The translations under genes and the position numbers were made by a program. The notes beneath the pieces were generated by a model. That model was given only the letters and a program-made list of their open reading frames with translations. It was not told where the DNA came from and made no database searches. DNA of 64,000 nt from assembly GCA_965205265.1 (NCBI GenBank), contig CBDBGH010000003.1, positions 3,456,001 to 3,520,000 on the forward strand, in the 5' to 3' direction. Of the stretch, positions 55,946-64,000 are shown piece after piece. Within the stretch, counting starts at the first letter, position 1. Each line of letters starts with the position of its first letter. The stretch is from Alphaproteobacteria bacterium. GTDB lineage: Bacteria; Pseudomonadota; Alphaproteobacteria; Bin95.

Positions 55946-56109
55946 GAACCCTTCTCCTTTCAGCAGGAACGCCTCGCCGGTCCCCGATGCAAACTCCGGG
56001 CAAAGTGTAGGTGGAACGCAGGGCGTGTCAACAAACTAAAACACTTCATGCGCCGTTCCCTCATGCGAGCCCCAGCGCAGGCGGAGCATAGGCGGACAGG
56101 ACGGGAGAA

Positions 56110-57267
56110 TCAACAACTCCGGAGCTTCCGCTCGACCGCCACCGCCACCCGCTCGGCGGCTTGGCCGAGGGTCGCGTCGTCGAGATGGACATAGCGGTTC
56201 GTCGTGCTGGCCCGGCGGTGTCCGAGCAGGCGTCCTGCGACATGCAGGCTTTCGCCATTCATGACGGCGTGCGAGGCATGCGCATGTCGCAGGTCATGAA
56301 GCCGCGCATCCGCCACGATCCCGGCCGCATCGCGCGTCGTGGTCCAGAAATAGTGGAGTTCGTTGCTGCCCAACGGCCCGTCTCCGCTCCTGCCCGGAAA
56401 CACACATTCCCCGGACGCCGATTCGGCGAGGCCGGCCAGCAACGCCCGCGCCGCTTCGCCCAGCAGAACGTGCCTCGGGCCCGTCTTGGTGTCGGGCAGC
56501 GCGAGCCGGTCCGGCTTGACCTCGCACCAGCGCAGGCGGCGAATCTCCCCCGGCCGGCACCCGGTCAGCAGGAGCAGGCGCACCGCCGCGGCGCAGACCG
56601 GGTGTTCGGCCTCGCGCTCGCGCAGCACCGCGCCCAGCTTCGCCAGATCGTCCGCACCCAGCAGCCGCCCGCGCGGCGGACGCCGGTAGCGGACGATGCC
56701 CGTGCACGGGTTCCCGGCGGCCTCGGGCCGATGACCCCACGCGACGGCGCAGTCGAACATGTTGCGAAGGATGTCATGGGCGCGGTTCGCCCCGCCCGGC
56801 CTCCGCCGCCCGTAGTCGTGGAAGAAGCGGGCAATGTCGGCCCGCACGACCGCGCCGACGCGCAGATGGCCGAGCGCGGGCAGGATGGCGCTGTCGAGGT
56901 AGCTCAGGGTCGCCTGCACCGTGGACGGCTTCCAGGACGGGGCGCGCCGCTCGACATATTCCACGGCGAACTTCGCCAGCGTCGGGCCGGAAGCGGGAAG
57001 GGGCAGAGAATCGCCGACGCCCTTCTCGCGGGCGAGGAAGGCGAGCGCCGCAGCGCGCGCCCGGTCGGCCTTTACCGCCTCCGGCCTGCCGAGCGTGACC
57101 CGGCACGGCTTGCCGTCGCGCCGGAAGCGGAACACCCAGGATCGCGCGCCGTTGGGCTGGACGCGCAGCATGAAGCCCTGAAGGGCGGTATCGTGGACGG
57201 CGTATTCGCGTTCGCGCGGACGGGCCGCGAGCGCGAGCGCATCGGTCAGCCGGGCGCGTTCGGTCAT
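56110..57267 (-). CDS. Tyrosine integrase with arm-binding (DUF4102-like) N-terminus (int2)
   Basis: D..LQGFMLRVQPNGARSW, TGCRPGE, DTKTG, HDLRH, LLGH, TTNRYVH; ATGA-coupled to int1. Confidence 0.92.
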   Translation of the reverse strand: MTERARLTDALALAARPREREYAVHDTALQGFMLRVQPNGARSWVFRFRRDGKPCRVTLGRPEAVKADRARAAALAFLAREKGVGDSLPLPASGPTLAKFAVEYVERRAPSWKPSTVQATLSYLDSAILPALGHLRVGAVVRADIARFFHDYGRRRPGGANRAHDILRNMFDCAVAWGHRPEAAGNPCTGIVRYRRPPRGRLLGADDLAKLGAVLREREAEHPVCAAAVRLLLLTGCRPGEIRRLRWCEVKPDRLALPDTKTGPRHVLLGEAARALLAGLAESASGECVFPGRSGDGPLGSNELHYFWTTTRDAAGIVADARLHDLRHAHASHAVMNGESLHVAGRLLGHRRASTTNRYVHLDDATLGQAAERVAVAVERKLRSC

Positions 57268-58415
57268 CGGTCCGCCTCCCCGCCGTCGAGCATGGCGGCA
57301 AGGCCGCGCGAGACCCGGTTCGCGGCCTCGAACACGGAGCCCTCGGCAAGGTGCGCATAGCCGAAGGTGGTCTGGATGTCGGCATGGCCGAGCAGCCCGG
57401 CGACGATGCGCAGGCCCTCGCCGCCGCCGACCGCGACCGCCGCATAGCTGTGGCGGAGATCGTGAATGCGCAGCGTCGGCAGACCCGCCGCCGCGCGGAC
57501 CGCGTTCCATGCCCTGTCCACCGTCGCAGGGCCGCCGCAGGGAGACGCGAACACCCACGGGCAGTCGTCGCGCCGGGGTTGCGCCGCGAGCACGGCGCGG
57601 GCGGGCGATGCGAGCCGGATCGTGCGCGGACCGGTCTTGCTGTCGGGCAACACAACACGGTCGCCGTGGACATGCTCCCACCTGAGCCGCAGAGCCTCGG
57701 ACTTGCGCGCGCCGGTATGGAGCAGGAAGCGCAGCGCGGCGACGGCGACCGGCCATTCCGCTTCCGCGCCGTCGAGCGCCCGCCCAAGCGCGGCGAACTC
57801 GTCGTCCGTCAGGTAGTGCGCCTCGAAGCCGGTCCTGCGCCGCCGCAGCCCCTTGCACGGGTTGGAGTCCTCGCGCCGCAGGCCGAGCGCCTCCGCGTGC
57901 TTCATCATCGACGACAGCACCGCCAGCGCCCGGTTCGCCGATCCCGCCCGCCTGGCCGACAGATCGTCGAACCAGTTGTGCACATCTTTCGCGCCGATCG
58001 AATCGACGCGCCGACCGCCAAACACGGGCAGGATGAAGCGGTTCATGCCGTCCGCGTGCGCGCGCCGCGTCGCCGGCTTCCAGCGTTCGGCGCAGTCGGC
58101 GAGGAACGCCGGCGCGAACGTCCGCACCGTCGGCACCGTCGCCGGTGCGCCGCCCGTCTCCGCATCGGCGAGCAGCGCTCGCGCCGCGTGCCGCGCATCC
58201 TCGACCGTCAGTTCGTCGAGCGCGCCGAGCGTCCGCCTGACGACGGAGCCGCCCGCGCGCCGGTGCACGATCCATGTCTTGCGCCCTTTCGCCCGCACCC
58301 GCAGGCCGAGGCCCGGCGCGGCGCTGTCCCACAGCACGGCCTCGCGCCCGTCCGCAGCAGCGAAGGCGCGCGCCCGCGCCTCGGTGATCTTCGTCCTCTT
58401 CGTTCCGTTCGGCAT
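57264..58415 (-). CDS. Tyrosine integrase with arm-binding N-terminus (int1)
   Basis: LWD...PGLGLRV...GRKTW, TGARKSE, DSKTG, HDLRHS, LLGH, TTFGYAH. Confidence 0.92.
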   Translation of the reverse strand: MPNGTKRTKITEARARAFAAADGREAVLWDSAAPGLGLRVRAKGRKTWIVHRRAGGSVVRRTLGALDELTVEDARHAARALLADAETGGAPATVPTVRTFAPAFLADCAERWKPATRRAHADGMNRFILPVFGGRRVDSIGAKDVHNWFDDLSARRAGSANRALAVLSSMMKHAEALGLRREDSNPCKGLRRRRTGFEAHYLTDDEFAALGRALDGAEAEWPVAVAALRFLLHTGARKSEALRLRWEHVHGDRVVLPDSKTGPRTIRLASPARAVLAAQPRRDDCPWVFASPCGGPATVDRAWNAVRAAAGLPTLRIHDLRHSYAAVAVGGGEGLRIVAGLLGHADIQTTFGYAHLAEGSVFEAANRVSRGLAAMLDGGEADR

Positions 58416-58632
58416 CTTCCGACCCCTTCCCTTGTCTGCCGGTCGCAGGAGCCCCCGTTGGGGAACACCCAGGACACGCCGGGGAACGGCGTCGGGTTCG
58501 AAGATCGGAAGGGCCGGAAGTGCCGCACTCAAACGCCGCGCGGGCTGCAAGCCATTGTCAGAACTGGCCTTGCGGCGCTTCGCGGATGCGGGGGCGGAGT
58601 GATGATTTCTACGCCCTTCGGCGCGTGGTTCT

Positions 58633-58803
58633 CACACCCGACGCACCGCTGGCGCCCTCAGATCCAGGCGCGCGCCTGGCATGTCTTGCCTGCGTTTTCA
58701 GCGCCCTGAAACGACACGGTGTTGATGGGCGGAGTTGCCCCCGATCGGGGGTCCGGCGCAGTCAGACTGACTGCACGGAATCATCCGCCGAATCAAGGTC
58801 TTG
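58633..58803 (-). other. MOBF-type nic core plus oriT accessory region (site C)
   Basis: Minus strand GCGCC-AGC-GGTGC-GTCGGGTGT^G (one G.T pair); IHF consensus AATCAAGGTCTTG at 58791-58803. Confidence 0.68.
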
Positions 58804-59069
58804 CACACCCCGTCCATCGGCCGTGTGACGGCGTGTTGCGCGATCATGCGCATCAGCCCGGGAAATCCCCTATGGAGCAGTCAATCCGACTGCGCGCCCG
58901 GCTGCGCCCACTGTTGACAGCAGTCACTCCGACGGTACGGCCGGAACCGCTGTCGGGCCGGCTCCGCCGCATCAGGGGACGCCCGGCGGTGTTTCGTTGG
59001 CTACCGGTTTCGGTCTGGCCGTCGTACCATGCGGAGATGGAATCCGCACGGGAGGAGGCCCGGAGATCA

Positions 59070-59408
59070 ATGGCCGAGACGTTCACGAGGACCATCCGGG
59101 TCACGCCGGAGCAATGGGAGCGGATCGAAGAGGCCGCCAGGGAACGCGAGGTTTCCGCCAACCGGCTCGTCGTCGACCTCGCCATGGCGGCCCTCGACCG
59201 GCGCCCATGGCCGCGCACCGAACTCGACATCCAGGTCGCCAAGGCCGCCCTGTTCGCCGCCCAGGTCCTGCGGCGCGGTCTCATTGCCGACGGACGCGAG
59301 GCCGAGGTCGAGGACATCATGCGGTTCGTTTCGACATTGACGCCCGAAGGCGCCGCCAGCCCGGTGCCGTTATTCGACCCGCCGCCTCGGCCATCCGACC
59401 TTCGATGA
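59070..59408 (+). CDS. RHH-like protein, candidate relaxosome accessory factor; 3' end overlaps an IS256 remnant
   Basis: TRTIRVTPEQWERIEEAAREREVSANRLVV (beta-helix-helix pattern); GGAG RBS; next to oriT site C. Confidence 0.65.
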   Translation: MAETFTRTIRVTPEQWERIEEAAREREVSANRLVVDLAMAALDRRPWPRTELDIQVAKAALFAAQVLRRGLIADGREAEVEDIMRFVSTLTPEGAASPVPLFDPPPRPSDLR

Positions 59409-59512
59409 TCTCGGCCAGCGCCTGGCGCCCGAGCGGGCGATAACCCTCGCCCCACTCCAGTCCGTCTGCCTGCATCTCCTTCACCACCTCAAACGCCTGC
59501 GGTAGGCTCATG

Positions 59513-59602
59513 ATCGTCGCAGCTTGCTGGGACATGCGGGGTGCTCCTGCTTGTGATTGTCATCACCACAGGGAGGCCCCCTTTCTGCCTGACACATAAA
59601 TT
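59513..59602 (+). repeat. 90-bp direct repeat (left target duplication of IS1634)
   Basis: Identical to 61519-61608 and abuts the IR. Confidence 0.92.
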
Positions 59603-61518
59603 CCTGACTTCGACGGTTGGGCTGACTTCTGACCGATCTCGCGTCTGGAGTTTTCAGTAAAGCCAATGAGTTGGCAGTTGCGGTGCGGTCAAGCTGCGTT
59701 GTAGTGCCTAGTAAATCTTTGAGACTGTCAATGCCTCCGCCACGCGCTACACTCCCCCCATGTTCGTGCGCATCAAGACCTCCCCCAACAGCCCGCGACG
59801 CTCGGTCCAGATCGTCGAGGCCGTGCGCGACGGCGGCAAGGTCCGACAGCGCATCGTCCGCCATGTCGGCGTGGCCATGGACGAGGACGAGCTCGAGCGC
59901 CTGAGGCAGCTCGGCGAGTACGTCAAGGCGAAGCTGGAGGACGAGCGTCAGCCGGCATTGTTTGCGCCCGAGAAGATCGCTGAGCAGGCGATCCGTGTCG
60001 GCCGCCGGGGGGACGGCAAGGAGGAACTCCCGGTCGACCTCAAGCAGCTTGAAGAGGAGCAGCGCCTGATCACAGGCATCCACGAGGTCTATGGCGAGAT
60101 CTACCGGCTGCTGGGCCTCGACGCGCTGCTGCCGCGCTCGCGCTACCGGGCCTCCCATGACGCGCTGTTCCATGTGGTGATGGCGCGGGTAGCCAACCCC
60201 GACAGCAAGCGGGGCAGCGTGCGCCGGCTCGAGGAGGACTTCGGCGTGAGTCTTCCGCTCGAGAAGGTCTACCGGATGATGGATCAGCTCGACGCGACGG
60301 TGATCGAGCGACTGCGCACGCGCGTCGGCGAGGCGAGCCGGTCGCTGCTGCCGGAGCCGGTCGCGATCCTCTTCTTCGATTGCACCACGCTCTACTTCGA
60401 GACGGCCGCCGAGGACGAGCTTCGCCAGCACGGCTTCAGCAAGGACGGCAAACACAAGGACTCGCAGGTTCTGCTGGCGCTGATGGTGACGCGCGAAGGG
60501 CTGCCGATCAGCTACGAGGTCTTCCCCGGCGCCACCTACGAGGGACACAGCATGGTCCCGGTCCTGCAGGACATGCAGCGCCGCCACCAGGTGGAGCGCA
60601 CGGTATGCGTGGCCGACCGGGGCATGCTGAGCGCCGACAACCTCGACGCCATGGACGCCATCGGCGGCGAGTATGTCGTCGGCGCGCGGCTGCGCAAGCT
60701 GCCGCTCGCGCTGCTGGGGCAGGTTCTCGACCCCGGGACCTATGCCCCGCTGGAGGGCTCACAGGACCGCCGGGTCGGCGAGTGGGAGTACAAGGGCCGT
60801 CGCCTGATCGTCGTCTTCTGCCCCCAGCGCGCACGCAAGGACGCGCACGAGCGCCGCCATCAGGTGGAACGCCTGCTCGACAGGCTGGCCCGCAGCGACA
60901 ATCCCAGGGAACTGCTCTCCAATCACGGGGCGAAGCGCTTCATCGCCGTCGAGGGCGACGCACGGCTCACGGTGAACCCGGAGAAGATCGCCGAGGCCGC
61001 ACGATGGGACGGGCTCACCGGCGTCATCACCAATCTGCGCGACGCGCGCGTCACCGAAGTGATGGCTCACTACCAGGGGCTCTGGCAGGTCGAGGAGAGC
61101 TTCCGGATCACCAAACACGACCTGAAGATACGTCCCATCTGGCACTGGAACCCGGACCGGATCCGCGCTCACATCGCCATCGCCTTCCTGGCCTTCGCCT
61201 GCGTTCGACACCTTGCGTACCGCGTCGCCATCCAGAAGCGGCGGATGTCCCCGGAGGTCATCCGCTCCGCCCTCGTCCACCGCCAGTGCTCCCTGCTGCG
61301 CTGTCGGCAATCGGGCAACCGCTACGTCATCCCCTCGAAGCCGACACCGGCGGCGGAGCAGATTTACGCAACCATGGGGCTGCCCCTGACGATCACCCCG
61401 TATCAACTCGCCTGACCGTCGACGAAGCACGGCTCGAAGAAATGCCGGATGTAGTGCCTAGCCGAAATGAGAACCAGGCAATATCAACTACTTATGCGAA
61501 TCAACCGTCGAAGTCAGG
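59603..61518 (+). mobile_element. IS1634-family insertion sequence
   Basis: Perfect 17-bp IR CCTGACTTCGACGGTTG / CAACCGTCGAAGTCAGG. Confidence 0.92.
59760..61415 (+). CDS. IS1634-family transposase
   Basis: FFDCTTLYFE, GFSKDGK, VADRGM, WDG, Y..LWQVEESFR.TK.DL.IRPI.H, RIRAHI.I.FLA. Confidence 0.92.
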   Translation: MFVRIKTSPNSPRRSVQIVEAVRDGGKVRQRIVRHVGVAMDEDELERLRQLGEYVKAKLEDERQPALFAPEKIAEQAIRVGRRGDGKEELPVDLKQLEEEQRLITGIHEVYGEIYRLLGLDALLPRSRYRASHDALFHVVMARVANPDSKRGSVRRLEEDFGVSLPLEKVYRMMDQLDATVIERLRTRVGEASRSLLPEPVAILFFDCTTLYFETAAEDELRQHGFSKDGKHKDSQVLLALMVTREGLPISYEVFPGATYEGHSMVPVLQDMQRRHQVERTVCVADRGMLSADNLDAMDAIGGEYVVGARLRKLPLALLGQVLDPGTYAPLEGSQDRRVGEWEYKGRRLIVVFCPQRARKDAHERRHQVERLLDRLARSDNPRELLSNHGAKRFIAVEGDARLTVNPEKIAEAARWDGLTGVITNLRDARVTEVMAHYQGLWQVEESFRITKHDLKIRPIWHWNPDRIRAHIAIAFLAFACVRHLAYRVAIQKRRMSPEVIRSALVHRQCSLLRCRQSGNRYVIPSKPTPAAEQIYATMGLPLTITPYQLA

Positions 61519-61608
61519 ATCGTCGCAGCTTGCTGGGACATGCGGGGTGCTCCTGCTTGTGATTGTCATCACCACAGGGAGGCCCCCTTTCTGCCTGACA
61601 CATAAATT
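61519..61608 (+). repeat. 90-bp direct repeat (right target duplication)
   Basis: Identical to 59513-59602. Confidence 0.92.
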
Positions 61609-62039
61609 CTTACGTCACCCGTCGTAGGCCGGCATTTGCCTTCGGCCTTCGTGTATTCTATACAGGGAGTCGGCATGGTTTGCTGCCGCCTTGCGACCGC
61701 AATCAGTCCGTTACAGGGGTAAAGTCATGACGAACACTGCAAGCGGTAGGGGTCAGGACATGACCGCCCTCACGTGCGCGCGACCTTCGTGCCCCCCCCC
61801 CGGCAGGTAATCGGGCGGCTTTCGTGCGTCCGCACCTTGGCTCTTGAGCGGCGTTCTGGCGGGGTCCGCCTGACGCAAGCTCTCCCGACGACACCCCGCT
61901 TGTTTGAACATGACATCGGAACTGCTGCGGGTTTCCGGGACGGAACCGGCTTCGAGCCTCGCCCGTGGCGCAATCGAATCCGGCACCGCTTCACAGCGCC
62001 AACGGCGGGGTGGCGGCCTCACCAAACGGAGAATGGATC

Positions 62040-64000
62040 ATGACAGTCGAAGGCATCACGCTACGCGGCGGTGAGGCGGCCGATACCCTGACGGGCGGCG
62101 ACGGCAATGACCAACTCCATGGCGGCGCCGGCGGCGACACCCTCGACGGCTGGTCCGGCAATGACACCGTGCATGGCGATGCGGGCAACGACACCCTCTA
62201 CGGCGGCGACGGCAACGACACGCTTGACGGCGGCGAGGGCGTCGACACGCTGTGGGGCGGACGGGGCAACGATACCCTGAAGGGTGGCAGGGGCGATGAC
62301 TGGATGTCGGGCGGCCTCGGCGCCGACACCTTCGCGTTCGCGGTCGGGGACGGACACGACAAGATCTCCGACTTCGAGGACGGCGACACCATCAGGGTCA
62401 CCGGCGTATCCGGGGGCTTCGAGGCGCTGGTCATCGAGCAGGACGGCGCCGATACCGTCATCCGTTACGGCGACGGCGACAGCATCCGATTGTCGAACGT
62501 GTCGGCGGCGTCGCTGACAAAGGACCGCTTCGAGTTTCCTGCCGCCGAGGGTAACCCGCAGGGCGGTGAAGACGACGACGACACCCCGAACGGCGGCGAG
62601 GGCGACAGCGACGGGGGAGGCGAAGGCCCCGCCCAGGAGCAGGTAACCCGGACGGAAAGCGACGGGGACGGCGTCGCCCCGCAGAAGGCCGCCGGAGTGA
62701 CGCGGAAGGGCGGCAATGGCGCCGATACCCTCGACGGCGGCGACGGCGACGACACCCTGAAGGGCCGCGGGGGCGCCGACACGCTGAACGGCGGCAAGGG
62801 CAACGACCTCCTGAAGGGCGGCAATGGCGCCGACACCCTGAACGGCGGTCTCGGCGACGACACGCTCAGGGGCGGCCGGGGCGACGACACCTTCGTGTTC
62901 AAGGCTGGAGACGGCCACGACACCATTGCCGATTTCGTAGACGGCGACACGATCCGCCTTGATGGCGTGACTGGCGGGTTCGCGGCACTGGTCATTGAGC
63001 AGGACGGGGACGATGCCGTCGTCCGCTACGGCGACAGGGTCGACACCATTCGGCTCAAGGGCGTCTCGGCGGACTCCCTGGATGAAGACGACTTCTCGCT
63101 GCCGGACAGCTCTGGCGGCGGCGACAAGGTCGCATACGGCGCCGGCCAGCGGGACAAGGCTGCGACCGCGTCGACCGGCGAGGAGACACAGAAATCTGGC
63201 ACCGGCGCTACCGGGAACACCGGGAACGTGCCGGAACCCAAAGGCGTCACCGTGACCGGCGGCGACGGCGACGACCATCTCTGCGGCGGTCTGGGCGACG
63301 ACCACATCACCGGTGGCGGCGGAGACGACATCCTGGAAGGCAAAGCAGGCAACGACACTGTTCACGGCAACGATGGCGACGACCGCGTCTACGGCGGCGG
63401 CTGGGCTGGCTTCAACGACGACGGCGACGACACACTCTACGGCGGCGCCGGTGCAGACATCGTCGTCGGCGGCAACTGGGGCATTCACGTCCTTCTCCGC
63501 GACGGCGACGACGGCGACGACACGCTCTACGGCGGCGATGGCGACGACACCCTCGTCGGTGGCCACTGGGGCCATGGCACCACCACCAAGGGCGCCGGCG
63601 ACGACGGCAACGACACCCTCTACGGCGGCACCGGCAACGACTTCCTCATCGGTGGCAACTTCGACAGCAAGAGCAACCGCACCAACGACGGCGAGGACGG
63701 CAACGACACACTCTACGGCGGCGATGGCGACGATACCCTCGTTGGCGGCAACTGGGGCAACGAGGTTCACTGGGAGCTGTCGCGGATGGACGGTGATGAG
63801 AAGGTCGTAGAACAATCCGGAGTTTGGCCATGGAGTGGCGATGTCGGCAACGGCGCTGACACCCTCGTCGGCGGCAAGGGCAATGACGTGCTGTGGGGCG
63901 GTGGCGGCGCCGACAGGTTCGTGTTCGATCGGGAATCCAACACCGACACTATCTGCGACTTCGAAGACGGAGTGGATACCCTCGTCATCCAGGGCGGCAT
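62040..64000 (+). CDS. RTX (hemolysin-type calcium-binding repeat) protein, partial, runs off the window end
   Basis: GGAGA RBS, ATG 62040; many GGxGxDxL nonapeptides and GHDxIxDF motifs; frame stays open to 64000; absent from the ORF track. Confidence 0.9.
   Translation, partial: MTVEGITLRGGEAADTLTGGDGNDQLHGGAGGDTLDGWSGNDTVHGDAGNDTLYGGDGNDTLDGGEGVDTLWGGRGNDTLKGGRGDDWMSGGLGADTFAFAVGDGHDKISDFEDGDTIRVTGVSGGFEALVIEQDGADTVIRYGDGDSIRLSNVSAASLTKDRFEFPAAEGNPQGGEDDDDTPNGGEGDSDGGGEGPAQEQVTRTESDGDGVAPQKAAGVTRKGGNGADTLDGGDGDDTLKGRGGADTLNGGKGNDLLKGGNGADTLNGGLGDDTLRGGRGDDTFVFKAGDGHDTIADFVDGDTIRLDGVTGGFAALVIEQDGDDAVVRYGDRVDTIRLKGVSADSLDEDDFSLPDSSGGGDKVAYGAGQRDKAATASTGEETQKSGTGATGNTGNVPEPKGVTVTGGDGDDHLCGGLGDDHITGGGGDDILEGKAGNDTVHGNDGDDRVYGGGWAGFNDDGDDTLYGGAGADIVVGGNWGIHVLLRDGDDGDDTLYGGDGDDTLVGGHWGHGTTTKGAGDDGNDTLYGGTGNDFLIGGNFDSKSNRTNDGEDGNDTLYGGDGDDTLVGGNWGNEVHWELSRMDGDEKVVEQSGVWPWSGDVGNGADTLVGGKGNDVLWGGGGADRFVFDRESNTDTICDFEDGVDTLVIQGG

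Larger units (their letters stand above)
51664..58645 (-). mobile_element. Candidate oriT-integrated element: int1-int2-lipoprotein-Slam between directly repeated nic-like cores
   Basis: CACACCCGACGCA at 51664-51676 and 58633-58645; leading region on the left, oriT accessory region and RHH gene on the right. Confidence 0.65.
59375..61620 (-). mobile_element. Truncated IS256-like element (left end plus transposase start), interrupted by IS1634
   Basis: End GGGTGACGTAAGAATTTATGTGT at 61620; MSQQAATIMSLPQAFEVVKEM...ALAEIIEGRMAEA from 59535; left boundary approximate. Confidence 0.6.

Noticed and set aside
56110-58332. 740-aa single integrase as listed in the ORF track
   Set aside because: The N-terminal half is off-frame over int1; the real start is ATG 57267, coupled to the int1 stop.
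62061-63815. 584-aa minus-strand Val/Ala-rich ORF
   Set aside because: It is the antisense reading of the RTX repeats.

Overview
This is a GC-rich (probably alphaproteobacterial, by inference) mosaic made almost entirely of mobile DNA. It holds stacked, partly decayed leading regions of a conjugative element (MoxR-type AAA / DUF3150-like / vWA trio, ParB-like, GHKL ATPase, RadC, strawberry-notch MTase-helicase, DUF1778-GNAT toxin-antitoxin pair, ssb, toprim, DUF4326, DUF2493), all transcribed toward a 13-bp motif. That motif occurs four times and reads TGCGTCGGGTGT^G on the minus strand, matching MOBF-type nic sites, each time behind a covarying 5-bp hairpin. The main candidate for a new system is a ~7-kb cassette (51664-58645) bounded by two of these nic-like sites. 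It encodes two coupled tyrosine integrases plus a Slam/T11SS translocator and a TbpB-barrel lipoprotein. A truncated second copy lies at 30454-35286, and an apparently empty intact oriT lies at ~45895. The window also contains a RIT element with 108-bp perfect inverted repeats inserted in a gene for seven zinc-ribbon repeats, IS1380, ISKra4, two IS21, two IS256, IS1634 (90-bp target duplication) and ISNCY elements or remnants. Two real genes run off the window edges and are missing from the ORF track: an RHH-fused putative restriction endonuclease on the left and an RTX calcium-binding protein on the right. No rRNA, tRNA or CRISPR array was seen. All family assignments come from motif recognition by eye; no searches were run.
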